From Betaproteobacteria bacterium (GTDB lineage Bacteria; Pseudomonadota; Gammaproteobacteria; Burkholderiales; SG8-41), in the NCBI GenBank assembly GCA_052389535.1, contig JBQTHU010000001.1:5575-69574 (forward strand): a DNA stretch of 64,000 nt, in the 5' to 3' direction. Below the pieces are notes generated by a model. The model worked only from the letters and a program-made list of their open reading frames with translations. It searched no databases and had not been told where the DNA came from. How positions within the stretch are numbered: position 1 is the first letter of the stretch; each line of letters opens with the position of its first letter. Position numbers and translations under genes: made by a program. Shown here piece by piece: positions 18,646 to 27,708 of this stretch.

Positions 18646-19400
18646 CCCGGACCGACCGCGTGCAGGATCTGGTACTGCTGCATGGATGGGGCACGAACGC
18701 CGGTGTGTGGCGCATGCTGGCGGAGCATCTCACCTCGCGCTTTCAACTGCACACGCCTGCGCTTCCGTACGCCGCAGGCAGGCCAGCCTATGAGGCGGAG
18801 ACCGTCGACGAGGTTGCAGAACGCCTTGCGTCCCGGGCGCCCGAACGCTGTGCGGTGTGCGGATGGTCGCTCGGTGCACTCGTCGCCCTCGCGTGGGCGG
18901 CGCGCGCGCCGCGGCAGGTGTGCCGCCTTGCGTTGATTGCGGGGAGTCCGTGCTTCGTGCGCAAGGAGGGCTGGCCGCATGCAATAGCGGCCGCAACGTT
19001 GCAGGATTTCGCCCGCGATCTGGCGCGCGATACTGCGCGGACCCTCAACCGGTACGTCGCGCTGCAGGCCCGGGGAGACGCGCGCGCGGCAAGCGTGGCG
19101 CGGTACCTGCGCGAGACCCTGTCCGCGACCGCGCACGAAGCGCACGCCGCAGCCTTGCAGCACGGGCTGTCGATGCTGTCGCGAACCGATTTGAGGCCCG
19201 CGCTGAATTCGATCGCGCAGCCGACGCTCGTCATGCACGGAGAGCGCGATGCGATCGCGCCGCTTGCCGCAGGGCGCTATCTGGCACGGGCACTGCCCGA
19301 GGCACGCATCGTGGTCATGGAAGGCGCGGCGCACGCGCCGTTCGTTTCCGAGCCGGAGCAGGCGTACGCGCGACTCGCGAGTTTCTTCGATGAAGGATGA
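18642..19400 (+). CDS. bioH: Pimeloyl-ACP methyl ester carboxylesterase (alpha/beta hydrolase)
   Basis: LVLLHGWGTNAGVW.. and the nucleophile elbow CGWSLGA. Sits between bioF and bioC. Confidence 0.8.
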   Translation: MTRTDRVQDLVLLHGWGTNAGVWRMLAEHLTSRFQLHTPALPYAAGRPAYEAETVDEVAERLASRAPERCAVCGWSLGALVALAWAARAPRQVCRLALIAGSPCFVRKEGWPHAIAAATLQDFARDLARDTARTLNRYVALQARGDARAASVARYLRETLSATAHEAHAAALQHGLSMLSRTDLRPALNSIAQPTLVMHGERDAIAPLAAGRYLARALPEARIVVMEGAAHAPFVSEPEQAYARLASFFDEG

Positions 19401-20259
19401 GCTGCTGCTCGACAAGCGCGCATTGCGGCAGGCCTTCGAGCGCGCCGCGGCGACCTACGATGCGGCCGCGGTGCTGCAAAACGAGGTGTGCACTCGCATG
19501 CTGGCACGCCTCGAATACATAAAACTTCAGCCGACGTCGATACTCGATGCGGGCAGCGGCACCGGGAATGCGCACGCGGGCCTCAGCCGACGCTATCCCC
19601 GGGTTAAGCTGGTGGCACTCGACATCGCGCTCGCCATGCTCGACCGGGGACGGCGGCGGCTGCCGCGATGGAAGCGCATCTTCGGACAAACTGCGCTTCC
19701 GGTCTGCGGCGACATGGAGCGCCTGCCCTTCGGTGAAGCGGCGTTCGGCATGCTGTGGTCCAACCTCGCCCTGCAGTGGGTGAACGACCTGCGCGCCGCG
19801 CTCACCGAAATGCGCCGCGTGCTCGCGCCCGGCGGGTTGCTCATGTTCAGCACTTTCGGCCCGGACACCCTGCGCGAGCTGCGCGAAGCGTACCGGGATA
19901 CCGACCGGCATACCCACGTGAACCGTTTCGTGGACATGCACGACATCGGCGATCTGCTGGTGCACGCAGGATTCGGCGACCCGGTGATGGACATGGAACA
20001 ATTCACGCTGGCCTACGACGATGTGCGTCAGCTCATGCGCGAACTGAAGGCGATCGGCGCGCACAACGTCACGCTGGGACGACGTGGCGGGCTTGCGGGC
20101 CGGGCACAGCTTGCCGCGGTGACGCGCAACTACGAGGGACTGCGCCGCGACGGCAAGCTGCCGGCCACCTTCGAAGTCGTCTACGGACACGCCTGGAAGC
20201 CGCTTCCGCGTAGCGGCCCCGGCGGCCGTCCGGTAATCGAAATCAGGCCCGCGCGCTAG
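19390..20259 (+). CDS. bioC: Malonyl-ACP O-methyltransferase
   Basis: Internal ATG of ORF 19249..20259. FERAAATYDAAAVLQ..ILDAGSGTGN SAM-binding motif, then LWSNLALQW. Confidence 0.85.
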   Translation: MKDELLLDKRALRQAFERAAATYDAAAVLQNEVCTRMLARLEYIKLQPTSILDAGSGTGNAHAGLSRRYPRVKLVALDIALAMLDRGRRRLPRWKRIFGQTALPVCGDMERLPFGEAAFGMLWSNLALQWVNDLRAALTEMRRVLAPGGLLMFSTFGPDTLRELREAYRDTDRHTHVNRFVDMHDIGDLLVHAGFGDPVMDMEQFTLAYDDVRQLMRELKAIGAHNVTLGRRGGLAGRAQLAAVTRNYEGLRRDGKLPATFEVVYGHAWKPLPRSGPGGRPVIEIRPAR

Positions 20260-20266
20260 AGAGCAC

Positions 20267-20962
20267 ATGGCCTTCGTCCCCGCCACGGGCCTGTTCGTTA
20301 CCGGCACGGATACCGGAGCAGGCAAGACGCTGGTGTCGTGCGGACTGCTCCATGCTTTCGCGGCGCGCGGGCTGCGGGCCGCCGGCATGAAGCCCGTTGC
20401 GGCGGGCGCAAGACGGCGCAACGGCGGCCTGCTCAACGAAGATATCGAGCAGTTGCGCGCGGCGGGCAGCGCAGCGGTCGACGAAAAGCTCATCAACGTG
20501 TATGCATTCGAGCCGCCCATTGCGCCGCATATCGCGGCCAGACTCGCGGGCGTCGAAATCGAGCTTGCCGGCATCGATCGCGCCTACCGCCGTCTCGCGC
20601 ACCAGGCCGACGTCGTGGTCGTCGAAGGCGTGGGCGGATTCTGCGTGCCGCTCAACGAGCGCGAGGATACAAGCGATCTCGCAGCGCTGCTGCGCCTGCC
20701 GGTCGTGCTGGTGGTTGGAATGCGTCTCGGCTGCCTCAACCACGCGTTGCTTACCGCGGCAGCGATCGAAGCGCGCGGTCTTGCGCTCGCGGCCTGGGTC
20801 GCGAATCAGATCGACGCCGACATGGACCATGCCGCGGACAACGTCGCAGCCCTCGCGCAACGTCTGCGTGCGCCGTGCATCGCGCGGATTCCTTTTCAGC
20901 GCGCGCCGCAGCCGCAGCGCATCGCCGAGCTGATCAACGTCGACATTCTGCTCGCAGCTTAG
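20267..20962 (+). CDS. bioD: Dethiobiotin synthase
   Basis: FVTGTDTGAGKTLVSCGLL P-loop and ..VVVEGVGG... Confidence 0.9.
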   Translation: MAFVPATGLFVTGTDTGAGKTLVSCGLLHAFAARGLRAAGMKPVAAGARRRNGGLLNEDIEQLRAAGSAAVDEKLINVYAFEPPIAPHIAARLAGVEIELAGIDRAYRRLAHQADVVVVEGVGGFCVPLNEREDTSDLAALLRLPVVLVVGMRLGCLNHALLTAAAIEARGLALAAWVANQIDADMDHAADNVAALAQRLRAPCIARIPFQRAPQPQRIAELINVDILLAA

Positions 20963-21070
20963 AGCAACGCAGTCGATTTTCACGGCGCCGTTTTGTTGCG
21001 GGCCCGAGACGGGTATGCTAAATTCCGCACATTTCGCTCGGGTCTCAGCTCGTAACCAAGGACGCTCTGG

Positions 21071-21535
21071 ATGGAATGCGTCGATGCCGGGACGGCGGCT
21101 CATTTTGCGTTGACTGCCCGCCGGAACAATTCGCTCTCTTCGTCCGGCCGCCTTCTCGTTTTCGGCTTCGTTTTTTCCGTCTCGATCGGAATAGGACTCG
21201 CGTTCGCCCTGGTGTTCGGCGCCTGGCCCATCATGCCCTATGCCGGACTCGAGATGGTGGTTCTCTACCTGGCGTTCCGGCATATCGACCGGCACGCCGG
21301 CGACTACGAGCGTTTTGCCATAGCGGGAGACCGCCTGCAGGTCGAAGTGAGAGACGGCGTGCGCCTGAGCCGTTTCGACTGCAACCGGCACTGGGCGCGG
21401 ATCGTGTACGATGAAGATGGCAGGCTCGCGGTGCGATCGCACGGCCGCGAATTTGAGTTCGGAAGGCATTTGAGCGAACAACAACGGCTCTCGGTGGCCC
21501 GGCAGCTCGAGCGCGAGTTGCGCGAGCGGCGCTGA
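21071..21535 (+). CDS. DUF2244-type integral membrane protein (oxidase-cluster associated)
   Basis: ARRNNSLSSSGRLLVFGFVF..two TM helices..RFAIAGDRLQVEV. Conserved position directly upstream of coxB. Confidence 0.7.
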   Translation: MECVDAGTAAHFALTARRNNSLSSSGRLLVFGFVFSVSIGIGLAFALVFGAWPIMPYAGLEMVVLYLAFRHIDRHAGDYERFAIAGDRLQVEVRDGVRLSRFDCNRHWARIVYDEDGRLAVRSHGREFEFGRHLSEQQRLSVARQLERELRERR

Positions 21536-21600
21536 TGCGTGCGTCCTCGCAGCCGCACGTTCCGCCACACGAGAGTACCAAATCACAGGCGAGGGTTAGC

Positions 21601-22722
21601 ATGACCAGCAAGTTGGCTAGATTTTGCGCGGCCGTCACGGCACTCCTGGCGCACGGCGTTCAGGCGGCATCGCAGTACAACCTGCAACCGCCCCAGAGCG
21701 TCATCGCCCGCGAGATCTACGATCTGCACACGCTGATCATGTGGATCATCCTGGTCATTTTCGTGGTGGTGTTCGGCGCCATGACCTATGCCATCGTCAA
21801 GCACCGCAAGTCGGTGGGGCACAAGGCCGAGCAGTTCCACGAGAACACCACCGTCGAGATCATCTGGACCGTCATTCCGTTCCTCATCCTGATCGGCATG
21901 GCGTGGCCCGCGACCAAGACCGTGATCTCCATGAAAGACACCTCCAATCCCGATATCACCATCAAGGCGACGGGCTATCAGTGGAAATGGGGTTACGATT
22001 ACCTGCAGGAAGGCATCAGCTTCTACAGCAACCTCGCCACCCCGCGCGAGCAGATCGAAGGCAAGGCGGCCAAGGGCGAGCATTACCTGCTGGAGGTGGA
22101 TAACCCGGTGGTGGTCCCGGTCGGAAAGAAAGTGCGCATCATCGCCACCGCCAATGACGTCATACACGCCTGGTGGGTGCCGGCCCTCGGCATCAAGCAG
22201 GATGCCATCCCGGGTTTTGTCCGCGACACCTGGTTCCGCGCCGATACGCCGGGCACCTATCGCGGGCAGTGCGCCGAGCTGTGCGGCAAGGACCACGGCT
22301 TCATGCCTATCGTGGTGGAAGCCGTGAGCGAGGAGAAGTACGAAGCGTGGGTCAAGGAGAAACAAGCCCAGATCAAGAAGGTCGCCGCCGCGGACGCCGC
22401 GCCCGACAAGAAGTGGACGATGGACGAGCTCAAGACCCGCGGCGAAAAGGTCTATGCGACGAACTGCGTCGCCTGCCATCAGGCAAATGGCATGGGCATG
22501 CCGCCGGCCTTCCCGCCCTTGAGCGGGTCGAAGCTGGCGACCGGCGCGAAAGAACCGCACATCGACATCGTGCTCAACGGCAAGCAGGGCACGGCCATGG
22601 CGCCGTTCAAGAACCTGAGCGACGTCGAAATAGCGGCGGTGGTGACCTACGAACGCAATGCATGGAACAACAAGACCGGCGATGTGGTTAACCCGGACGA
22701 AGTGAAAGCGCGACGCAAGTAA
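21601..22722 (+). CDS. coxB: Cytochrome c oxidase subunit II with a fused C-terminal cytochrome c domain
   Basis: Internal ATG 21601 ([22 protein letters not shown]). CuA site [21 protein letters not shown] and the heme-c motif CVACHQ. Confidence 0.95.
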   Translation: MTSKLARFCAAVTALLAHGVQAASQYNLQPPQSVIAREIYDLHTLIMWIILVIFVVVFGAMTYAIVKHRKSVGHKAEQFHENTTVEIIWTVIPFLILIGMAWPATKTVISMKDTSNPDITIKATGYQWKWGYDYLQEGISFYSNLATPREQIEGKAAKGEHYLLEVDNPVVVPVGKKVRIIATANDVIHAWWVPALGIKQDAIPGFVRDTWFRADTPGTYRGQCAELCGKDHGFMPIVVEAVSEEKYEAWVKEKQAQIKKVAAADAAPDKKWTMDELKTRGEKVYATNCVACHQANGMGMPPAFPPLSGSKLATGAKEPHIDIVLNGKQGTAMAPFKNLSDVEIAAVVTYERNAWNNKTGDVVNPDEVKARRK

Positions 22723-22739
22723 AGGATCCAGGAGAGACT

Positions 22740-24332
22740 ATGGAAGCGGCCCATACACACGATCACGCTCACGGGCACGACCACGGCGAGCACGCACACC
22801 ACCCCGGCGGCATCATGCGCTGGGTGATGACCACCAACCACAAGGACATCGGCACGCTGTATCTGATATTCAGCCTGACGATGTTCTTCGTCGGCGGGAT
22901 CCTCGCGCTGATGCTGCGCGCCGAGCTGTTCCAGCCGGGGCTGCAGCTGTGGCGCCCCGACTTCTTCAACGAGCTCACCACGATGCACGGGCTCATCATG
23001 GTTTTCGGCGCGATCATGCCGGCCTTCGTCGGCTTCGCCAACTGGCAGGTACCGATGATGATCGGCGCGCCGGACATGGCGTTCGCGCGCATGAACAACT
23101 GGAGCTTCTGGCTGCTGCCGCCGGCGGCGATCCTGCTGGTCGTTTCCTTCTTCGTTCCGGGCGGAGCCACCGCAGCCGGCTGGACCCTTTATGCGCCGCT
23201 TTCAACGCAGATGGGCCCCGGCATGGATCTTGCAATCTTCGCGCTCCATATCATGGGTGCCTCCTCGATCATGGGGTCGATCAACATCATCACCACCATC
23301 CTCAACATGCGCGCGCCGGGGATGACGCTCATGAAGATGCCGCTCTTCGTGTGGACCTGGCTCATTACGGCCTACCTGCTGATCGCGGTGATGCCGGTGC
23401 TGGCCGGGGCAGTCACCATGTTGCTGACCGACCGCCATTTCGGCACCAATTTCTTCAACGCGGCGGGCGGCGGCGACCCGGTGATGTTCCAGCACATCTT
23501 CTGGTTCTTCGGCCATCCCGAGGTCTACATCATGATTCTGCCGGCGTTCGGCATCGTGTCCCAGATCGTGCCGACGTTCTCGCGCAAACCTCTGTTCGGT
23601 TATTCCTCCATGGTGTATGCGACGGCATCGATTGCCATCCTGTCGTTCATCGTCTGGGCGCACCACATGTTCACCGTCGGCATGCCGGCGGCCGCCCAGC
23701 TTTTCTTCATGTACGCGACGATGCTGATTGCGGTGCCGACCGGCGTGAAGGTCTTCAACTGGGTCGCGACCATGTGGAAGGGATCGATGACGTTCGAGAC
23801 GCCCATGCTGTGGGCGATCGGATTCATCTTCGTGTTTTCCATGGGCGGGTTCACTGGTCTCGTGCTGGCGATCACTCCGGTCGACATCCAGTTGCAGGAT
23901 ACCTACTACGTCGTCGCCCATTTCCACTACGTGCTGGTGGCGGGCTCGCTCTTCGCCATCTTCGGCGGTGCCTACTACTGGCTGCCGAAGTGGACGGGTC
24001 ACATGTATGACGAAAAGCTCGGCCAGTGGCACTTCTGGCTGTCGATGATTTTCTTCAACGTGACGTTCTTCCCGATGCATTTCTCGGGGCTCGCGGGCAT
24101 GCCGCGGCGCGTTCCCGACTATGCGCTGCAGTTCGCGGACTTCAACATGCTGTCCAGCATCGGCGCGTTCGGCTTCGGACTGTCGCAGCTGATCTTCCTC
24201 TGGGTGCTGTTGAAACTGCGCAGCGGGCAGAAGGCCGGGGCCAAGTCGTGGGAAGGTGCGGAAGGGCTGGAGTGGACGGTGCCCTCGCCGGCGCCGTACC
24301 ACACTTTCGAAACGCCACCGGTGGTGAAGTAG
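22740..24332 (+). CDS. coxA: Cytochrome c oxidase subunit I
   Basis: 530 aa: [11 protein letters not shown].., [17 protein letters not shown].., HFHYVLV... Confidence 0.97.
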   Translation: MEAAHTHDHAHGHDHGEHAHHPGGIMRWVMTTNHKDIGTLYLIFSLTMFFVGGILALMLRAELFQPGLQLWRPDFFNELTTMHGLIMVFGAIMPAFVGFANWQVPMMIGAPDMAFARMNNWSFWLLPPAAILLVVSFFVPGGATAAGWTLYAPLSTQMGPGMDLAIFALHIMGASSIMGSINIITTILNMRAPGMTLMKMPLFVWTWLITAYLLIAVMPVLAGAVTMLLTDRHFGTNFFNAAGGGDPVMFQHIFWFFGHPEVYIMILPAFGIVSQIVPTFSRKPLFGYSSMVYATASIAILSFIVWAHHMFTVGMPAAAQLFFMYATMLIAVPTGVKVFNWVATMWKGSMTFETPMLWAIGFIFVFSMGGFTGLVLAITPVDIQLQDTYYVVAHFHYVLVAGSLFAIFGGAYYWLPKWTGHMYDEKLGQWHFWLSMIFFNVTFFPMHFSGLAGMPRRVPDYALQFADFNMLSSIGAFGFGLSQLIFLWVLLKLRSGQKAGAKSWEGAEGLEWTVPSPAPYHTFETPPVVK

Positions 24333-24339
24333 GCGGCGC

Positions 24340-24441
24340 ATGGAGCATGCCTTGCGCAGCAGGCTGAGAACGGGTCTGGTGCTCGCCTCGATCGCGCTCG
24401 CATTTTTCATCGGTATCATCATCCGCTACTGGCTATGGTGA
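24340..24441 (+). CDS. 33-aa single-TM peptide (cytochrome oxidase small assembly protein-like)
   Basis: Below the ORF-track cutoff. MEHALRSRLRTGLVLASIALAFFIGIIIRYWLW. Starts 8 nt after coxA and overlaps the ctaG ATG by 7 nt. Same position and RTGL-ASIAL-FF pattern as the small assembly peptides I recall from beta-proteobacterial cox operons. Confidence 0.6.
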   Translation: MEHALRSRLRTGLVLASIALAFFIGIIIRYWLW

Positions 24442-24980
24442 CAGGCGCGCACTCCGGCGAAAACCTCGTAACCCTGCGCAAGCTGGTGGTGGTGGCGTGC
24501 GTCATGTTCGGCTTCGGCTTTGCGCTGGTGCCGTTCTACAAGAAGATCTGCGAAGTCACCGGGATCAACAACCTGCTGAAGGCCGACACGGTGACCAACA
24601 CGCAGATCGACACCGGCCGGTGGCTGACGGTGGAGTTCGATGCCAACGTGCGCAGCAACCTGCCGTGGACGTTCACGCCGGTCGAGAAGCAGGTGCGGTT
24701 TCATCCCGGAGAGCTGGTGCAGGTGACTTTCGAGATCCGCAACAATTCCGAGCGCGCCGTTACCGGGCAGGCGATCCCGAGCTACGGCCCGCAGCTCGCA
24801 GGACGCTACTTCCGCAAGCTCGAATGCTTCTGCTTCACGCAGCAGACGCTGCAGCCCGGCGAGGTGCGGCGCATGCCGGTGGTGTTCGTGATCGACCCGG
24901 GGCTGCCGTTGGACCTGAATACCGTGACCTTGTCCTACTCGTTCTTCGAAGTCGAAGGCGCCGCGGGGAAAGCAGGCTAG
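24435..24980 (+). CDS. ctaG: Cytochrome c oxidase assembly protein CtaG/Cox11
   Basis: VPFYKKICEVTGIN..KLECFCFTQQTL is the Cox11 copper-binding CFCF motif. Confidence 0.9.
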   Translation: MVTGAHSGENLVTLRKLVVVACVMFGFGFALVPFYKKICEVTGINNLLKADTVTNTQIDTGRWLTVEFDANVRSNLPWTFTPVEKQVRFHPGELVQVTFEIRNNSERAVTGQAIPSYGPQLAGRYFRKLECFCFTQQTLQPGEVRRMPVVFVIDPGLPLDLNTVTLSYSFFEVEGAAGKAG

Positions 24981-25196
24981 ATGCTGATGACCGAGCCGCA
25001 GGAACCCAAACGCAAGGCGACGCCGCTGCAGGTCGCGAAGGCGGTGTTCTGGTCGTTTCTCGGCATCCGCAAGCGCGCGGCGCACGAGCGCGACGCGGTT
25101 ACGCTGACCCCCGTGCAGGTCATCGTCGCCGGCATCATCGGCGCCGTCATTTTCGTGCTGGGATTAATCATGCTGGTGCGGTTCATCACCAGCTGA
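24981..25196 (+). CDS. DUF2970 small membrane protein
   Basis: PLQVAKAVFWSFLGIRKRAAHERD.. plus a C-terminal TM helix. Conserved between ctaG and coxC. Confidence 0.7.
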   Translation: MLMTEPQEPKRKATPLQVAKAVFWSFLGIRKRAAHERDAVTLTPVQVIVAGIIGAVIFVLGLIMLVRFITS

Positions 25197-25217
25197 CCGC
25201 AGAGGGAGAACAACACC

Positions 25218-26069
25218 ATGATCAGTCAATCCGCCCGCTACTTCATACCGGAGCCCTCGAGCTGGCCGATCTTCGGATCGGTGGCCTTGCTCTCCATGGC
25301 GCTCGGGGCGGCATCCTGGTTCAACGGCTGGGATCCGGGAAAGTACGTGCTGCTCGTCGGACTGCTGATCCTTTTTTACATGATGGCCGGCTGGTTCACC
25401 ACCGTCGCCTACGAAAGCGAGGGCGGCCGCTACAACAAGCAGGTGGATAGCTCGTTCCGCTGGGGAATGAGCTGGTTCATCTTCTCGGAGGTGATGTTCT
25501 TCGGCGCGTTTTTCGGCGCGCTTTTCTACATGCGCGCCATTTCGGTACCGGATCTTGGCAGCATCGAGAGCCAGCAGCTCATCTGGCCGGGGTTCAAGGC
25601 CGCCTGGCCGGTCTCCGGCCCCGGCATCAAGGAGCAGTTTTCGCCGATGGGCGCGTGGGGCATTCCGGCGATCAATACGCTGCTGCTGCTTTCATCCGGC
25701 GTGACCGTGACCTGGGCGCACTGGGGGCTGCTCCAAAACAACCGCCTGCAGCTGATCTGGGGCCTGGTCATGACCATCGCGCTGGGCGCGACCTTCCTCG
25801 GTTTTCAGATCTACGAGTATGCCCATGCCTATGCCGACCTCAACCTGAAGCTCACCATGGGCGCGTACGGCGCGACCTTCTTCATGCTGACCGGCTTTCA
25901 CGGTTTTCACGTCACCATCGGCACGATCATGCTGATCGTGATCCTGTTCCGGTGCGTGGCAGGTCACTTCACGGCCGAGCACCACTTCGGTTTCGAGGGC
26001 GTCGCGTGGTACTGGCACTTCGTCGACGTCGTGTGGCTGCTGCTGTTCATTCTCGTCTACTGGCTATAA
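25218..26069 (+). CDS. coxC: Cytochrome c oxidase subunit III
   Basis: 283 aa: ..FFMLTGFHGFHVTIGTIML..AWYWHFVDVVWLLLF. Confidence 0.95.
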   Translation: MISQSARYFIPEPSSWPIFGSVALLSMALGAASWFNGWDPGKYVLLVGLLILFYMMAGWFTTVAYESEGGRYNKQVDSSFRWGMSWFIFSEVMFFGAFFGALFYMRAISVPDLGSIESQQLIWPGFKAAWPVSGPGIKEQFSPMGAWGIPAINTLLLLSSGVTVTWAHWGLLQNNRLQLIWGLVMTIALGATFLGFQIYEYAHAYADLNLKLTMGAYGATFFMLTGFHGFHVTIGTIMLIVILFRCVAGHFTAEHHFGFEGVAWYWHFVDVVWLLLFILVYWL

Positions 26070-26078
26070 GCCGAAAAG

Positions 26079-26127
26079 CGGAACAACAACCACAACTACG
26101 CAACAACAAGGCGCACTAAAAACAAGG
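26079..26127 (+). other. A/C-rich (AAN)n tract in the coxC 3' UTR
   Basis: CGGAACAACAACCACAACTACGCAACAACAAGGCGCACTAAAAACAAGG contains two AACAACAA octamers. This is a striking low-GC composition in a ~65% GC genome. It lies between the coxC stop and its terminator. Confidence 0.35.
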
Positions 26128-26152
26128 GGGGACCCGGTCGGTAGAGGGATGC

Positions 26153-26179
26153 GCCGCACCACGCGTGCGGCTTTTTTTT
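26153..26179 (+). terminator. Intrinsic terminator of the coxBA-ctaG-coxC unit
   Basis: GCCGCAC-CACGC-GTGCGGC followed by eight T residues. Confidence 0.8.
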
Positions 26180-26181
26180 CG

Positions 26182-26376
26182 CTATAACCTGTCGGTGATG
26201 ATGCCGAAGTAGAAGCCGAGCATGAGCATTGCGAAGAGCACCACGGACAGCAGCACGCGCACCGTGAGCGCCTTGACCACGCGGTCGGAGCCGCTGCGGT
26301 CCCGGAGCAGAAAATAGAGTGCGGAGCCCAAGCTCCCGAGTATGAAAGCGATGAAGAGCAGGACGACGATTTTCAT
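26182..26376 (-). CDS. Twin-TM-helix small protein (DUF2909-like)
   Basis: Internal Met of ORF 26182..26415: MKIVVLLFIAFILGSLGSALYFLLRDR..VLLSVVLFAMLMLGFYFGI. Confidence 0.65.
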   Translation of the reverse strand: MKIVVLLFIAFILGSLGSALYFLLRDRSGSDRVVKALTVRVLLSVVLFAMLMLGFYFGIITDRL

Positions 26377-26435
26377 CAGCAGGCAGGCGCAGAACGCTGG
26401 GGCAGTGTATCGCACCGACCCGGTGGCCGCCAGCG

Positions 26436-27152
26436 ATGCGGTCTAGGCTGCGCCTGCGCTGGAGTCTGTGGCCCGCGCTCGCCGCCGCCGCAGGCATTGC
26501 CCTTACCGCCTGGCTCGGCATGTGGCAGTACGGGCGCGGCCAGGAGAAAAGCGCGCTCGCCGCGCGCATCGAAAAGCTCGCGCAGGCGCCGCCGATCAGC
26601 GTCACGGCGCGCGAACTCGATGTGCGTGACGTGGAATTGCGGCAGGTCGAGGCGCACGGGACGTTCGAGCCCCGGCACGTCGTCTTCCTGGACAACCGCG
26701 TGCGGCGCGGCATCGCGGGATACCACGTCGTGATGCCGCTCAAGCTGGAGCAGGACGCGCGGTATGTGCTGGTCAACCGGGGCTGGATCGCGGCCGGCCC
26801 CGATCGCAGCCGTCTGCCCGAGGTCAGGACGCCGCCAGGGCCGATCGTCGTTCGCGGCCGCGCGGTGGTGCCGGGACGCTTTCTCGAGTTGTCCGACGAG
26901 GTGACCCGCGGATCAGTGTGGCAGAACCTGACGCTGGAGCGCTACCGGAACGTGATGTCGATCGCCATCCAGCCTTTCCTGATCCAGCAGGACGCCGCCG
27001 CGGCGCCCGACGATGGATTGATACGCGAGTGGCTTCCTCCGGATGTCGGCGTGGAGAAGCATTACGGCTATTCCTTTCAGTGGTTCGCACTGTCGGCGCT
27101 GATACTGATCTTCTACCTGGCAACCCATGTCCGAAGAGATCGCGAAACCTGA
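26436..27152 (+). CDS. SURF1 family cytochrome oxidase biogenesis protein
   Basis: N-terminal TM then GMWQYGRGQEK..VFLDNRVRRGIAGYHVVMPL..GWIA..HYGYSFQWFALSALILI. Confidence 0.9.
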   Translation: MRSRLRLRWSLWPALAAAAGIALTAWLGMWQYGRGQEKSALAARIEKLAQAPPISVTARELDVRDVELRQVEAHGTFEPRHVVFLDNRVRRGIAGYHVVMPLKLEQDARYVLVNRGWIAAGPDRSRLPEVRTPPGPIVVRGRAVVPGRFLELSDEVTRGSVWQNLTLERYRNVMSIAIQPFLIQQDAAAAPDDGLIREWLPPDVGVEKHYGYSFQWFALSALILIFYLATHVRRDRET

Positions 27153-27708
27153 ACGCTCGCGCGCGCCGCTCTGGATTCTGATCGCCGTGTGCGTCGCGCC
27201 GATCGCGGCCTCGTACGTCGCTTTCTACTGGTGGCCGCCGTCGGATCAGGTGAACTACGGTGAGCTGCTCGAGCCGCGTGCCGCGGCGGCTGCAGGGTGG
27301 GTCGGCCTCGATGGCGCACCGTTCAGCCTCGAGGCGCTGAAGGGAAGGTGGGTGCTCACCGTCATCGACTCCGGGCGCTGCGATGTCTGGTGCCGGGAGA
27401 AGCTCACCTATATCCGCCAGGTCCGGCTAGCCCAGGGCAAGGATATGGATCGCGTCGAACGGCTGTGGGTGATCACCGACGAAGCGCACCCCGAGCCGGG
27501 CCTGCTTGCGGCGCACGAGGGGCTGCGCATTGTGCGGGCCCGGGCGACTGAACTTGCGGAGCTCTTCCCCGCGCAACACGCGCCGGCAGATCACATTTAC
27601 GTCATCGATCCGCTGGGCAACCTGATGATGCGCTACCCGCGCAACGCCGACCCGCGCAGGATGCTGAAAGACTTGACGCGCTTGCTGAGGCACTCCAAAT
27701 GGCGCTGA
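27127..27708 (+). CDS. Membrane-anchored Sco-like/thioredoxin-fold protein with a CxxxC motif (divergent)
   Basis: One N-terminal TM helix. LKGRWVLTVIDSGRCDVWCREKL aligns with FRGKVVVVFFGFMHCPDACPATL of the canonical Sco at 29598-30200, and ADHIYVIDPLGNLMMRY aligns with VDHSAGTYVLDQQGRLRLY. It overlaps SURF1 by 26 nt and ctaA by 10 nt. Confidence 0.6.
   Translation: MSEEIAKPERSRAPLWILIAVCVAPIAASYVAFYWWPPSDQVNYGELLEPRAAAAAGWVGLDGAPFSLEALKGRWVLTVIDSGRCDVWCREKLTYIRQVRLAQGKDMDRVERLWVITDEAHPEPGLLAAHEGLRIVRARATELAELFPAQHAPADHIYVIDPLGNLMMRYPRNADPRRMLKDLTRLLRHSKWR

Noticed and set aside
20963-21070. A possible small RNA or 32-aa ORF between bioD and the DUF2244 gene.
   Set aside because: Only a weak palindrome (ACGGCGCCGT followed by TTTTGTT) and a mediocre promoter-like TTGCGG-N17-TAAATT are present. 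The short ORF has no Shine-Dalgarno and runs into the DUF2244 gene out of frame.
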